DNA of 64,000 nucleotides from Blastocystis sp. Blastoise (taxonomy: Eukaryota; Protista; Bigyra: Opalinata): NCBI GenBank assembly GCA_039096225.1, contig JBBPEB010000013.1, forward strand, positions 1,736,001-1,800,000, in the 5' to 3' direction. A program made the position numbers and the translations under genes. Below are positions 29,402 through 58,117 of this stretch, piece after piece; positions within the stretch are counted from its first letter, which is position 1, and each line of letters opens with the position of its first letter. Under the pieces are notes generated by a model, which saw nothing but the letters and a program-made list of their open reading frames with translations, searched no databases and was not told the origin of the DNA.

Positions 29402-30462
29402 CTAGGGAAATACTTGTAGAACACAGTTGGTACAGACAACGGTAAGAGGGTCTGTAACACCATAACAATAGGATAAAATTCGAGAAGCTTCTTTGGCATA
29501 TGTATATAACTATTTTATATATAGAATAATTAATAATATAAAATGATATATTATATATATAATAGTTGCTTTCCTTGGTTAATATTAGTATCATTCCATA
29601 ATAATTCATTCTTCTTCTTATATATATCCATATAGAGTCTCATCGCTAATTGCATATATAATAATGCTAAGGTATCATCTTCAATATCCATTATATACTT
29701 ATAACAATCTATACTCTGACCTATATAGAAAAATTAGTATATATATAGAATTATTGTATTCATTGTTAAGTTATATTGTTATATATATAATAGTTTAGTT
29801 ATATAGGATTATATTTGATAATTGTTAAGTTATATTGATTATATATATAATTTTTTAGTTATATTGATTATTTATATAATAGTTCATTATTTGATTATAT
29901 ATATAATTGTTTAGTTATATTGATTATATATAGAATAGTTAATTTATATGACTATATATATAATAGTTCATTATATTGATTATTTATAGAATAGTTAATT
30001 TATATATAACTATATATATACATATAAAACGAAGAAGGAAATGGTAAACAACAGGATTATGAATATCACTGAGATCGAGGTATAAAACCGTGGGAATCAG
30101 AGAATATAAAGTGGTATTATAGGGACCCAAAATAGATATATACTGAGAATTCAATAATTCCTATATATATGTATAGTTTATATATTAGGAATTATCAATA
30201 TGTTTAGTAATATATAGGTATATACATAGATTATAGATGCTATTTGATTTGTGTTTCCATCAATATTTAAAAGGAGGGATTTCAATGAATTCTGAATTGT
30301 GTTCATACACTCAACGTACTGTTTCACAGTGTGTATCGTAGAACACCGTACACATTGTACGGAATCTTTTGAATTACTTTATATGTAAATTGAATAAATA
30401 AATAAATAAATATATATATATATACTTGGAAATATTGATAGAAGCTCTACAATAGCAACCTA

Positions 30463-30493
<31 letters not shown>

Positions 30494-30864
30494 TATATAT
30501 ATATACTGATTGTATGTTCATGAGACTCATTTTTACACACTATATAATAGTAATATAATTATACATATTATTATTATTATAGTCTTTATTATTATTTTCA
30601 TAGTCTTTATTATAAGTATCAAGTTGATTATTAAGAAATAACTTATATATATATACCCAAGGCATTACACACGAACTCATCCTGTTTACTACTTCGATAA
30701 TAATTCATATTTGTTCCCGCCAAAGATGTTTTAGCGCCAATAAAACAACGCGGGCATTTACATGTAAACAGAAAAGATTGTTTTAATACAGAAAGTCTAG
30801 TTTCTCTGTTTAACATGGTATCTATATAACTATAACATACTTCTTCTCCTTTCTTAATATCCCC

Positions 30865-30948
<84 letters not shown>

Positions 30949-30985
30949 CTAATAACTAGAAAATGAATATATAATAATAATAATA

Positions 30986-31045
<60 letters not shown>

Positions 31046-32756
31046 GAATGGCTCTAAATACAAGCGTATCCCCGCCATTTATTTCCCGCAAACAAATATT
31101 TGGAAGACAAGAGTGATTTATATAGGCACCTGTTGGGTATATACCTATATATATATATATACATATATATGTATAACATAGAATAGCAGTGTATACAATA
31201 TACTAATAACAATAGAAGTAAATAATACATAATTTCAGTAATAAATAAATAAATATATATCTATATTATGATAGTAGTGTATATCTGTAGTATGGTTACT
31301 AATATAAATAGTTAAAAAATAATGAAAATATGAATAATAATAAATATATAACAGCATATAATAATATATATACCTGTTCCTAGAGAGTTCATAGCATCTT
31401 TTATCGGTGTCGCATTATAGCGGAGAATAAGTAGAAGACGAAAGAATACTTCGAAGGTAAGGGAAGAGACTTTAAACATAAGCATAATAATAAATATAAT
31501 AAGTATAATAATAAATATAATAAGTATAATAATAAGTATAATAATAAATATAATAAGTATAATATGATAATAAATATAATAAGTATAATATGATAATAAT
31601 AGTAATAAATATAATAAAAACTATATATACATGATTTTAATTCATCATAATAATAATGTGCTTCCTTTTCAGCCTGAGTATACGTGGCTGAATAGTGCTG
31701 ACATAATTCTTGCTGATGACTATATAGTTCCAGAATATCGTGAAACGTACATAACTGACGAAATCCTGTATCTATATATATATATATATTTATATCATAA
31801 TAACAAACAATATAAATATACTAATAAATATGTAATAAAAAATATAATAAATAAAATAATAATAAACTCAGTACCTATTAATTCTAAGAATAAAATATAT
31901 TTAAATATAAGTATATACAATTCTTTTGAGGATTCTTTTTCTCATAATTATATCTGCTTATTATATGTATATATAATAATAATATATCTCTATCAAAAAC
32001 TTGTTGAATTTCATTTGAATTTGATGTGTTTTTATGCTCAATCATAATATTTTTCACTTTACAAATTCCTTCACAATTATTCTATATATAATATTCATTA
32101 TTATATTATTTTGAACAATGAAAAAAATATAAAATAAATATAAATAAAAATAAAAATAAAAAAAAATATAAATGAAAAAATATAAATAAAAATAAATATA
32201 AATAAAAATAAAAATAAAAAAATATATAAATGAAAATAATAATAAATATAAATATAAATAAAAATAAAAATACATAATGTCTAACTTCGCTGTCTAAGAA
32301 GCAATCTTCACAACAATAAGCAATTCCACATTTACTGCAAGGCTTATATGGAATAGATATTGCCTTGAGACAATTGTAACATGATTTTCCTAATGAAGAA
32401 CCTTTCGTCGTCTTTTCATAAGAGTCTGAAGCAAGAACAACTTCTCCTTTGGGTATATCACGACTTGCAACCAAATATCGACCTTTCTCAGGAGAATATT
32501 CCAAATTTACAGCTACGATTTTATCATCAAAGAATGACTTTAAAGCGATATTTGTTGATGCACCATCATTTAACAAATAATTGCTACTAAATTCCGACAA
32601 TTTACTTTCTTTAACGATCGATTCTTTCTTACAAACCAGTTTGTGTTGAGGCCAGTCCTTCTTCTGACACTCACTTGAGCAATATCGAACTTTCCTGCAT
32701 TTCCCACATGTATACTTTCCGATATTCGATTTACAATATGAACAAACAGTATTCAT
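29402..32756 (-). CDS. SMYD-family lysine methyltransferase (extra N-terminal MYND finger, split SET-MYND, post-SET, helical C-terminus)
   Basis: CSYC...YCSSECQKKDW.QH..C, KGRYLVASRDIPKGEVV, YINHSCLPN, RDIKKGEEVCYSY, FTCKCPRC, C-terminal AKEASRILSYCYGVTDPLT. Confidence 0.88.
29721..30021 (-). repeat. Intronic degenerate ~30-bp minisatellite (AGTTATATTGATTATATATATAAT-like unit)
   Basis: Imperfect tandem copies inside a SMYD intron. Confidence 0.75.
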
Positions 32757-33364
32757 GACAAATATCAGTCCTATAATTCAAATTTGTCCACTTTTATTCT
32801 AAAAAAAGTTTCCCATGATTTTTATAAAAACTGGAAACTATCAAAACTTCGTTTCTTCTTTGTCTTTATTTATCATTTATGTAGATATATATTTATATAT
32901 ATTCTATTATATTTAGTAAATTAAGGAGAAATGAATACATCTATGAAAGAAAAAGACATTATAATTTCAGTGAAAGTACTAAAACGTTTTATGAATTCAA
33001 TGAAAAAACAAAAAACTGTGTATATTTGTTTCGGTTTACTTGGGAATTTTATTGTGTGATTTCATTTATTATTTTATCACGTTACTTCTTGCTGACTTAT
33101 TTTCAAGAATTCTTACTAAAGTAGCGAATACAAAAAGAAATCCTGCTTTCATTATTGATCATTATCAACAATCTACCAAACCAATTCAATTGAAATCATT
33201 ATCATTTATCTTGTTCATTAACCAAATATGCTTCCAAATTATAAGTAAGTATTTCAGATATACGTTTATTCATGCTGAACCCTGCTTATTCTTTCTTTAT
33301 GTCCATTTATAGTAATCTCCTCTCTTTTTTATATTTATGTTTTTATAATATTACAGTAGTTTCT

Positions 33365-36071
<2,707 letters not shown>

Positions 36072-36566
36072 ATATTATTATTCTATATATCTATTAGTAT
36101 TTATGTTATTATCTCAATTCTTATTATTTTCTATATATCTTTTTATTTTAGATTATTCAAGTTTATATATTACATCATATACATTTATTATTCTTGTATT
36201 TATCCTTTTTTGTTGTTTCAATGATTCTTTCTGTTCCTCTATTCACAGCTATATTCATATTCATTTGTGATTCAGTCAAACATTGTTATGTTTATTCTTA
36301 TATATATAATTCTTCACTGGTATTTCTATTCTTTATCATTATTAATTTAAATCAAATTTATATATTCAGGAATTATTGTAATGTATTTTGTTCAATATAT
36401 TGTTTTTTATGTATTATAATAAAACACTTTCATATATTTATTTATATGTATTCTCTTTATGACATTTAATAAAAGTTACCGAGTAAATAAGTTTAAAAAT
36501 GAGAATTAAAAAGTTAAATAAAACTATATTATTATGACATGAATACATAAAAATGAATGGAAATAA

Positions 36567-37844
<1,278 letters not shown>

Positions 37845-38372
37845 TTCAAATTTGATTTATATTCAATGTGCTTGATATCTATTTAATTTATGTTATATTA
37901 GCTATAAAAAGTTTGATATACTTGAGTAAGTTGAATAAATAATGAGTATGATATAAATTCGTTTTTATGAATTAATTGTTTTTTAAAATAAAATTTCTTC
38001 TAAAAATCTGTACACATATTGTGGTGTGTGTAACTAGAATGATGATATTATTTTATAAGTAAAATGCGATAATAATTAAAAAAATATGATTTGTAACTAA
38101 AAATATACTTTTCAACATGGAGTGAAATAAAAAAGAAATATATAGAAAGAATACAGTTCCATATGACAGATATATAAGTAATAATATTAAATGATAATAA
38201 AAGAGTGACTTTAAATATAATAGAGACCAGAATGACTTGAAATATTTGAAGTATAATGATAATAAAAAAAATAGAATGAAAAAAGAAAGACTATATAGTT
38301 GAAGCACTATATATACTAAAATAATGTGTAAGATAGAGATGAATAAATAAATATATTCCTTTTAAAAAGGAG

Positions 38373-38459
38373 CTAGTTCTGCTTAGGTTCGCCACAGGCG
38401 TAGCACTCGGTATAAATAGGCAAATTATCGGTATAATTACATAATATACATTGCCAATG

Positions 38460-38498
<39 letters not shown>

Positions 38499-39724
38499 TA
38501 TAGTATATACATAATAAAAACAAAATTATTGATAATCAAATATTAATAATAATAACAATATTATTATTATAATATCTATTAATACATACATCTTTTCCAC
38601 ATAATATACAACTAGTATTATCTTGATTATTTTTGGCGCCACAGGCGGGACAGATCCACGTGACTGTCATATCTTCTTGGGGTGATAATTCCTATGAAAA
38701 GAATAATAGTAAATAAATATATAGATTAATAATTACATATATATAATAATCATATATATATTATTTATGTATTATTCTTGACTTTACTTGAAATAATAAT
38801 AATAACATATATATATTATATTATATACAGAAGAGAAACGTCTACCAATAGAACTCTTTTTCTTTGGAACACTATTCGTGACAAATGGCTGGTCTTTGTT
38901 CGATTTGTTTATAGTACCAGTAGTATTAGTATTATTATTATTTAGTATATTATTATTCTCTTTATTTGAATTTGAAGAAAGAGGAGAAGATAGAACTATA
39001 TATATAATAATACTCATTATATATATATATATATACATTGATTATTATCAGAACTAGTCTTCTTCGATCCTATATAATAATAATAATATAATTATAATAA
39101 TAATAAGTATAAAAGCATTTTAGAGTTAATAAAAACATATTATTTATACTTTTTTGAAAGATATTTGTTTTTTTCCCCGCGATTTGAGTGTACTTTTTAC
39201 CTCCAGAAACGCTTGTAGAGTTATTCTTAGGGGAGTTACTGAGAAGATCCGGTGTGTCATCTGAAAAAAACTCCTGATCAACTATATATAAATATATATA
39301 AATATAATATATATTGTATACATACAAGAGAATTGATTATTATTATTTATAATATTATTATTGCTATTAATATTATTATTATTATTATTCATAGTATTAT
39401 TATTATTATTATTATTATTAATATTATTATTATTATTATTATTATTATCATTCCAGTCAAACATATCATTTGTATCCGATTGAGAAGTAGTATATATATA
39501 TGATTTTTGTGAGTTCACATTGAGGTTATTCATTCCTTCTTTAATATTATTATTATTATTATTATTATTCTTATTGCTATCAGAAATAGAAGAAGTATCA
39601 TTTGTGTCTTTAGAGCACGTGCACATTACACATTTGGATTCTGAATCAGAGTTGTTGGCACCACAGAAAGAACATACCCATAAAGAAGGCTAAATAGAGA
39701 AGAATTATTATTAGTGATATATTC

Positions 39725-39766
<42 letters not shown>

Positions 39767-40688
39767 TAATAAACATAAACATAATAATATAATAAACATA
39801 AACATAAACATAAACATAATAATAATAATAAATATAATATAATAATAAACAAAAACATAATAATAATATAGATAACATACACGTTTGGCTCCACAGACAG
39901 TGCATTTTAATTGGTTCATATCGTTTTCTCCAAACGTACATTGAGGGCATTCCCAGTAAGACACGTGCTTTATAGAACACAATACATAATATTATATATA
40001 TATCAATAAAAATGATAACATATAATAAGGCTTTATAATATATATTGAATATATATACTTGTGGAGAACTATTTAACGACGAAACTGACATCGCACTTAT
40101 GATTCTATATAATAAACAAATAATAAATAAATTTTATTCATAATAAATAATTGATTTATAAGAAGAAAAATATACTCAGCAGCAGACAGATTTGATGGAG
40201 CTGGAGAATAAGAAGGTTTTTCTTCTGAAGGAATAGATCTTAAACTGGATTGTTTACGTAATGGCTCTTTTTCACTTGAAATGGAATGAAAACTAGAGGA
40301 CCTCTATATCGTTAAAATCAATAGCTATTTCTTTTTAACATATATATACCTCTTCAACAGAAAAAGCAGAATTCTTCTATAAAATGATACAGTTATAATG
40401 ATATATAAATCTTGAAAATAACAAAATAGAATCCTCGGACATACAAATGATTTTCCATATTTGTCAAAGATTGCTTTTAAATCAGGATACCATTTTAATG
40501 CTTCTTTTGTTGCTGCCTTCCAGGATGTTTGTAACTCAACGATCTACATTGAAATAATAATATTTAAATAGTATAATAATAATTACATAACGTTGAGCAG
40601 ATTCATGAAAATGTTCTTCCTCAGACAATTGCGTTTTCAATTGTTCTAATTCTTTCTTCATCATATAGACACTACTCGTAGATGTCAT
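38373..40688 (-). CDS. Protein with four RanBP2/NZF-type zinc fingers and an N-terminal coiled coil
   Basis: WECPQCTFGEN...CTVC, WVCSFCGANN...CNVC, WICPACGAKN...CIMC, WQCILCNYPDN...CYAC. Confidence 0.8.
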
Positions 40689-41189
40689 TTCAGATATATT
40701 TCACTTGGATCGAACTTGTAAATGAAAAGATTATCTAGTTTTTGTATAATGCAAAAGATCTTTTTCTTAGCAAACTGGTTTTGTTTCTCAGAAAAAAGAA
40801 ACAGAAATGATATTTTTCAAATATAACGTGTAAAAAACGCATTTCACTAATAGTTGATAGTAGTTTTTAGTTAACTATTATATTGCCACGTATTGGAACA
40901 ATGTAAAACAAAATATGAAATAAAATTGATGATCTGAAGTACTATTTATAAGGTTATATGAGTTAATATTATAGTATATTCTTAATTGAAGCTGGTAAAG
41001 TAGTTATAATAATGATTTTATGAAAACAGCATTATGTTTTTGTAAAATTATGAATAGCGAGATAGACTAACAAAAAACAAACATTCCATAACGATTCGCT
41101 ATGGATGCTATCATGAATAAAATAATTTTAAAGAGAACATGAAAAACAGAATATAAATAAGACGAATTAAAAAATATACATAATTTTCT

Positions 41190-43824
<2,635 letters not shown>

Positions 43825-44527
43825 TTTAGCTGTATAAAAGCAATAGCAATAATAAAAAATATGCTTTTCGTTGAAAACAGAATAAAAAGGTCTTTGAAGA
43901 TAGGGGAACAGAAACATTTTTTTTAAAATGATTGATGTTTTTCTCAATAATTATTCGATATTTTCTGTTTTATATGCTTTTAATTATTTTGATTAATAGA
44001 TTCACATTTCAATAAGATGTTTATATATAGAATAATGTTATAATAACATGTGATTTTTAAAATGTTGGCTCAACTTGAGAATATGAGGTATTGATAGTTA
44101 TATGTGTATATTTCTATTCGAATAATATCATAAATGACGAATAAGTTATTAAAAATGCATAAAAGAAAAGAACTGGATAGGAAACAACATTTTCTTTATT
44201 TATAGATATCATGAAACATATATGCATATATATATGTAGAATTGATTTCGTGATAACCTATGGTAATGAATAAAGTCGAGAATGAATGATTTATTATACT
44301 TTATATATATAGAATATATAAATATTAATGAACGAAACATATTTTTAAGGAGTTGATAACAATTACATGACAGTTGAGGAATGAATAGATATATAGATAA
44401 AAGAACAAGTATATATATAGTGATATAATATAATTATGAATAGTTAAAATTGCGCATAGAAAAAGAGATTTAGTTTTAGATCTACATATTGTTATATAGA
44501 TAATAATATGAAAATAATAAAAAAGAA

Positions 44528-44568
<41 letters not shown>

Positions 44569-44574
44569 TTATAT

Positions 44575-48239
<3,665 letters not shown>

Positions 48240-48779
48240 TGTTTTTCACTAATTATATATGTATTTGCTCTAATAATATCCTCTTTCTATATATTGTATG
48301 ATTGTTATGTCTCTCATGTATTTTGGAATAATCTTCATTTATCTTCAGAAAAAATGTTGACAGTTTCATTAACTAGAACACTATATTTGAATAGTTTTCC
48401 ACAACATCTATGTGTCTTGAATTATATGCGCACATTGCATTTATGATTAAATGCTTATTTATTCTGTAATAAATCTGATCCTCAAATTATTTTATTTATT
48501 AGGATTTAAATTTGTCAATAATAAGAATTAATACTCTTTAAGAGAGTTAAAAAGAGATAACAACAACTAGATAGCTTCAAAAAAGTGATTTATTTTTCTG
48601 TAAAGAAAAAATGAGTCAGTTTCCTCTGTTTTTCTAGTATTCCCAATAATATTTATAATAACAAATTTTTGCAAATAATACACTTATTTTGCATTCACTT
48701 ATTAAGAAATCTATATTTACAAATACCTATATTTAGTTATTTTCAAGATACCTAATAAAATCTACTAAAGCGTTTCATC

Positions 48780-49365
48780 ATGAGGTTTCTTGTGTCTTAT
48801 TTTGTCGTTCTCCTTACGATTATTTTGAAGATTCTTCATCACTTTAACATTATTTCTTCAAGAGCTTCAGAATCAAATAATGAAAGTATCCTTTATGATC
48901 GCGAATATTGGAGAATCTTCAATTGTTTATATAATCAACCTTCTCTCGTTTTTTTCCTTGCTGATCTTATTATGCAAGTGATTATATGTCCTGTTGAATA
49001 TACTCTAGGAACATTTACTTATGTTTTTGATAGTCTTTTCTATATAGTATGTTTTTTTTTAGTTATATATATATATATATATATTCATTATTATTTATAT
49101 AGTATATTGGTTGGGCTGTTTCTATTCTCTTTTTAAATAATATACTTATTTCAAATAGGTATATATATATATGTTTTTTAAAAATTTTTCATGTGTTATA
49201 TATAAATATGTTTTTTTTTATTCATTTTATATATTTTTATATCTATATATATTATTCATTTTATATATATATATATATAGAAATGATGAGTCGTTAGAGA
49301 AGAATAACTCCGGTTTTCATTCTTATATATTTCCATGGTTAGCCTTTATGATTGTTAATTTAGAA

Positions 49366-49408
<43 letters not shown>

Positions 49409-49504
49409 TACATGGTTGAATATATTACTTCTTATTTTATAAACATAGATATTATTATATATATATGTGGATATTCTATTGTTTTATAAACAGTAGTTCT
49501 ATTA

Positions 49505-49589
<85 letters not shown>

Positions 49590-50019
49590 TAGTATTGTTT
49601 CTTTTACAAACGACAGTAATGATATTCTATATATATATATATATATAGTATTCTAAATATTCAATTGTTTCCTATACAAACATTCATATATATTTCTACT
49701 TTTTTATGATTATATATACAATGTATCCTTCTGACAAGTATATAATTATAGTATTATATACATATTAAACAAATATTTTTAAATATTATATTCATATATA
49801 TATATTATTTTTTATAGTGTTTTATTTAAGACAATTTCCTTTCTGTTGGCTATATTTGTAGGAATTGGCGGGATAAATGAATATACAATTCCTTATTATT
49901 GGCGTCTGGTTATTGTCATTGGTTGTTCTATTTGTGTTTTCTTTTCTATTGGTCAAAATTATGAAGTATTGCCAACGAGTAGTAGAGACAATAATACACA
50001 ATTATATGAAATTGAATGA
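48780..50019 (+). CDS. Polytopic membrane protein, possibly a rhomboid/Derlin-like pseudoprotease
   Basis: Several hydrophobic segments, with an EYWRIF (WR-like) motif after the first. GT-AG exons, stop TGA at 50017-19. The family call is weak. Confidence 0.45.
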
Positions 50020-50368
50020 TTGTTGTGACGTTTTTATAATTGCATTTTTTAATTTTATTTTCTATTTCTTATTTTTAAGCTATATAAATATATTAATTAT
50101 ACTTTTCTGAGACCTTATATACTCTCAAGTCAACTATTTTACTCTGTAAGGTTTCTTTTTTCTACATTTTCTACTTTGATTAACCATTTGTTTTCTCTCT
50201 TTTCCTCTTTTCTTATATATATATTTATTATTAGTTATGAATATTGTTAAAATCCATTTAAAAACAAATCTAAACACAAATTGAACTGTCAAAACAGAAT
50301 AAAAACATAAAAACAAAAATAAAAAACTTTTTTAAAGAAATACGCTCATTTAAGCGAATAAACAATTA

Positions 50369-50988
50369 ATGGATGTGATAATAAAAGAGGGATTTCTATG
50401 CACAAAAGAAGACTGGACAAATGATATGATTAAGAAATGGTATTCCATACAGATTACTGATCATCAACCAGTACTCTATGAATATAATATCAAAAGAGTA
50501 TGTAGTTTGTATTTAGTAACTTAATTTATTGATATTATTAGGATTCATCAAATGAAGAGTGTAGAATTGTGAAATCTATTTATTTATCTGGTAGTATTAT
50601 ATATGAATACGATGAAAAGCAGAAGGGTAATGAGCCAATAGATCACTATGGGTTTCAGTTATATACACCCTTACAGTCCTATGTTTTTTACGTCGAAGAT
50701 TCTATGTTATGTAAAGATTGGATTGATGCTATAGATGATTGTGTTAATAAATACTCATATAGTCAGAATCCTCAGAATGGTACAGAAATATTTAAAATTA
50801 AAGTGATTGGAGCTACAAATGAATTGCTTCGTGTTATTGCTGGTTTGTTAAAAGATTATACAGGAATTATATCGGCTTCGATTATTGATGATAAGAATTA
50901 TATTGAAACCATATGTGGTAAAGATCTATGTGCAGGTGAATTATTAGCATATATAGAAGATCTTGGACATAATGCTTATTTTTTATGA
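50369..50988 (+). CDS. PH-domain protein with a C-terminal HMA-like domain lacking CxxC
   Basis: IIKEGFLCTK...KKWY...YGFQLYTPLQSYVFYVED...KDWIDAI (PH), then FKIKVIG...LKDYTGIISASI...LLAYIEDLGHNA. One intron. Confidence 0.75.
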
Positions 50989-51636
50989 TATATTTTATTC
51001 ACAATTTTTTTTTAATTATTATTTTTTATATTTCAAATTGTAGTATATTTTTTGTAATATATCTTTATTGCTATCATTTTGTTTAATTGATATGATAGTT
51101 TTATCATATGGTTGTAGTAGTTATAACAAATATTATGCTTGAATTTTTATTGATAGAATTAAAATACTATAAACTCAATAGCAACTACATATAAGTAATA
51201 TTTATGATCGAAACATACGAGATTCATTAATATATATAATATATATATATTAAACAGATAATAAATAAATTTTTAAATATACAAGAGATATTCAAAGATA
51301 TACAATAAACAATAAATGATTTCAATAAAATAATTTTAACATATAAATATACCTTGATAATAAAAACAGTTGTTTCTATTTAGATGGAGAAAAAAAAAGA
51401 TTAACATAAAATTTAATTTATAAAAAAAAAATTAAATAGACTAAGAATATAAGAATAATCTTTTATATCAGAAAAAAGAAATCATAGAATTAAAAAAATA
51501 TATATATATATTATTATATATACAATATATTATCTTAAAAGAATAGGGAAAAATTTATAGATGTATATAGTAATAATTTATCGATATATATATATGTATA
51601 TATATAACTAAATAAAAAAGAGAGTGACGGATGAAC

Positions 51637-51730
<94 letters not shown>

Positions 51731-52198
51731 TAATAAAAAAGATAGAATTAAAAAGAAGTTGGTATATATTGATAATAATTGAAAAAAAAAATGGAAAAAT
51801 TAAATGTCAGAAAAAATAAAGAAACGATAAAACAATAATAATTATTTAAAATATATTTATAAATGAGAGAATTACACAAGACAGGAGATAATATAAAATA
51901 AAAACAATGAAAAAGTTTAAAGTAATATATATAATAAATATGATTACACAAGATAGGAGATAATATCAAATAAACACAATGAAAAAAGTTTAAAGTAATA
52001 TATATAATAAATATGATAAAAAAAATGGAAAAAGAGATAGAATAAAGAGATTATAGACTATTTTGTAGTTAGAAGTTATACATTTAAGAACATTAAAGCT
52101 GAAAATTAAAAATTAATATATGTATATATATAATAAAGATATGACTGTGATAATGAATAAAAAAAAAATGTAGATATAAATATATATATATAATAATT

Positions 52199-55530
<3,332 letters not shown>

Positions 55531-56280
55531 GATGTAAGTTTACGTCAGATAAGAAAAAAGAAGCCCCTTGAACATTTTATAAAAAACAACACCCCTAATT
55601 TTCCTTTTTTTCACGATTATGTCGTTTTTTTAACCCCAAAAACAAATTAAGTAAAATGTCTTATTCTTTAGTAATTACTGTTGTATACAAATTAATTTCT
55701 TTTATAAAACTTATTTTTAAAAATGACGAGAGTATTTTTAGTTATCTTGAAATACCTTGAGGTCACTGATATCACTTATAGCTGTTTTCAAAAAGCGAAA
55801 TGAGATATGAATATTTATTTTAAAATCACAAGTAATGTCAAAACATTCATAATCAAAGATAATTGTTTTAACATGAATCTACATTTTTTTATGCTTGCAA
55901 AGTAGTTTCTAACTAGCAATACATTCTAAAATGTAAATATATACTTTTTAAGAGCTGTATTCAAGTTAAAATACGATCAAAAGTACACCTACAATAAGTT
56001 TGTCGTCATTTTTCGATAATTATTCTGAATTATTTGCTGAATTATCATTCAGAAATATTATGACTCCTACATATTATTCATGATTATATACCAAAGATCT
56101 CGTTATTTTCCAGAATAACCACGGTAATATATAGATTGTAGATTTTTTTTAGTTTGGATGGTTGATGTCAGCGAACTATTCAATTTTCAACATATGTGTA
56201 TTTGACTGCGCATTGATCTTAGTTTCATATATTAATATTAATATTTTTTAAGTACTTTTCATTCTGTGAAATTAAGTGTC

Positions 56281-57044
56281 ATGCGTACAACCGTTAGATT
56301 ACTTTTTTCAGTCATTTGTGTAATTTTAGTATCGTTGTGCAGTATTTTTTGTATGAAGATTTCACTGAATACTTATTTTCTATAGATTTTACGGTGAGTC
56401 AGTCTTCTATCTTCAGTAAAAAGAGCAATTTTAATAAATCGATACATTATGATAATGATGTAAATTCTCGTATGTATATGTTGCATCTATAATGTATATA
56501 TATTTTTTAAAATTAGAACATTCTTTTACTTCAGACAAAAACACAGTTGTTTTACAACAAATAAAAAAAGAACTCGAACAGAATACTACTAAAACAAATA
56601 ATTCTAATGATAAAATAGATGCTGCTGCTTTTTTAAATAATACAATTTCTTTACTTCCTAAAGTATCTATTTCAAAAATATCTGAAAATGAAATTCATAA
56701 TAATATAAAATCATTTAAATCTCTTGATGAATCTTCTCTAACTCAAGCCACAATTGAACAATTATATTCTTTAAGAAAACGTATATAATATAATTAATAT
56801 ATATTTTTTTATTATTTTTTATTATATGATTGTTGATATATATTTTTTATTATATGATTGTTGATATATATATTCATCAATGATAATAATAATAATAATG
56901 ATAATTCTATATATATAGATCAGTTATGTCGAGATGTTACTATACGTATTCAACCTACAGGAGGGATAGGAAATCAATTAAATATGTTTACTGTTATATG
57001 GCTTATTTCTTCTATTAATAAAATACCACTTCAAGGTATATATA

Positions 57045-57107
<63 letters not shown>

Positions 57108-57136
57108 ATGTATTATTATTATTCTATTTATTATTC

Positions 57137-57177
<41 letters not shown>

Positions 57178-58117
57178 TTAATAGACTAAATAAAAATATA
57201 TTTCTATAGTACCTCGTGATTCTATTTTTTGTCAATTATTCACAGTAAAAGAGGTATTTGAAGGTCAAATTACTTGTTTTAATGATTATGGTGTCAAGAT
57301 TCGATGGAATAATTATCAAAATATTAATTATAAAGAAAATAAGAATTATTTATTTTTAAATGATTTAGAAAATGCTAAGAATATCGTAATGGAAGCTATT
57401 TCTAAGAATTCTTTTTGTCGTGTTTATAAACATACGACACTGAATGTTGCTGGACATGGCTTAATGTGGGATTATTTCTTTGAGAATAAAATCTATGAAC
57501 CTTATATGAATGCATTTAATATTTCTCGTCCTAATTATGGTAATATTACAAGACATGCTAAATTATATCGTTATATTAATGTATTTATGGATTCTGTTTT
57601 TACACCAAAACCAGTATTATTAGAAGCAATGAATAAAGTCTATCCTAATTATAATACTACTTCTTATATATCCGTACATGGTCGTTTTTTAGGATCTATG
57701 GCCGATTTCAGTGACGCACCTTCACGTATATTAGAATGTGAAGTTCCTGCTTTTATTGATATTATTAAAAAAGATATGAATAAGAATCATTTAAGTAAAA
57801 TATATGTAGCTGCTGATTCTAGTCGATTTAAATTGATGATCAATAATACATTACCTTCAAATGTTATTTTAGGACATTTACCTTCATTATTTAATAGTAA
57901 TTATATGATTAAAAATACACGTAATCAATGGAAAGTTCTAGAAGCTCAATTATATGCTATGGCTGAATTATATATACTTCGAAAAGGACAAAGTTGTATA
58001 GGTAGTACAGGAAGTAGTTTTAGTTTTATAGGTTGTGCTGCTACTATGAAAACATATACTATTTTTGGTAATATGTATCATCACACTTGTGATACTATTA
58101 CTGTATACACAGAATAA
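56281..58117 (+). CDS. Fucosyltransferase-like GT-B protein (alpha-1,2/1,6/O-FucT superfamily), type II membrane protein
   Basis: N-terminal anchor, GGIGNQL, motif I ISVHGR, motif II IYVAADS, motif III AELYILRKG...GSTGSSFS. Confidence 0.75.

Noticed and set aside
29721-30021. CRISPR-like repeat array
   Set aside because: Degenerate AT-rich tandem units with no unique spacers, inside a eukaryotic intron, and no cas genes.
49723-49817. GTATCCTT as a U12 GT-AG donor in the rhomboid-like gene
   Set aside because: A GTATAT donor 15 nt downstream is in the same phase and there is no U12 branch motif near the acceptor. Undecidable without RNA data.
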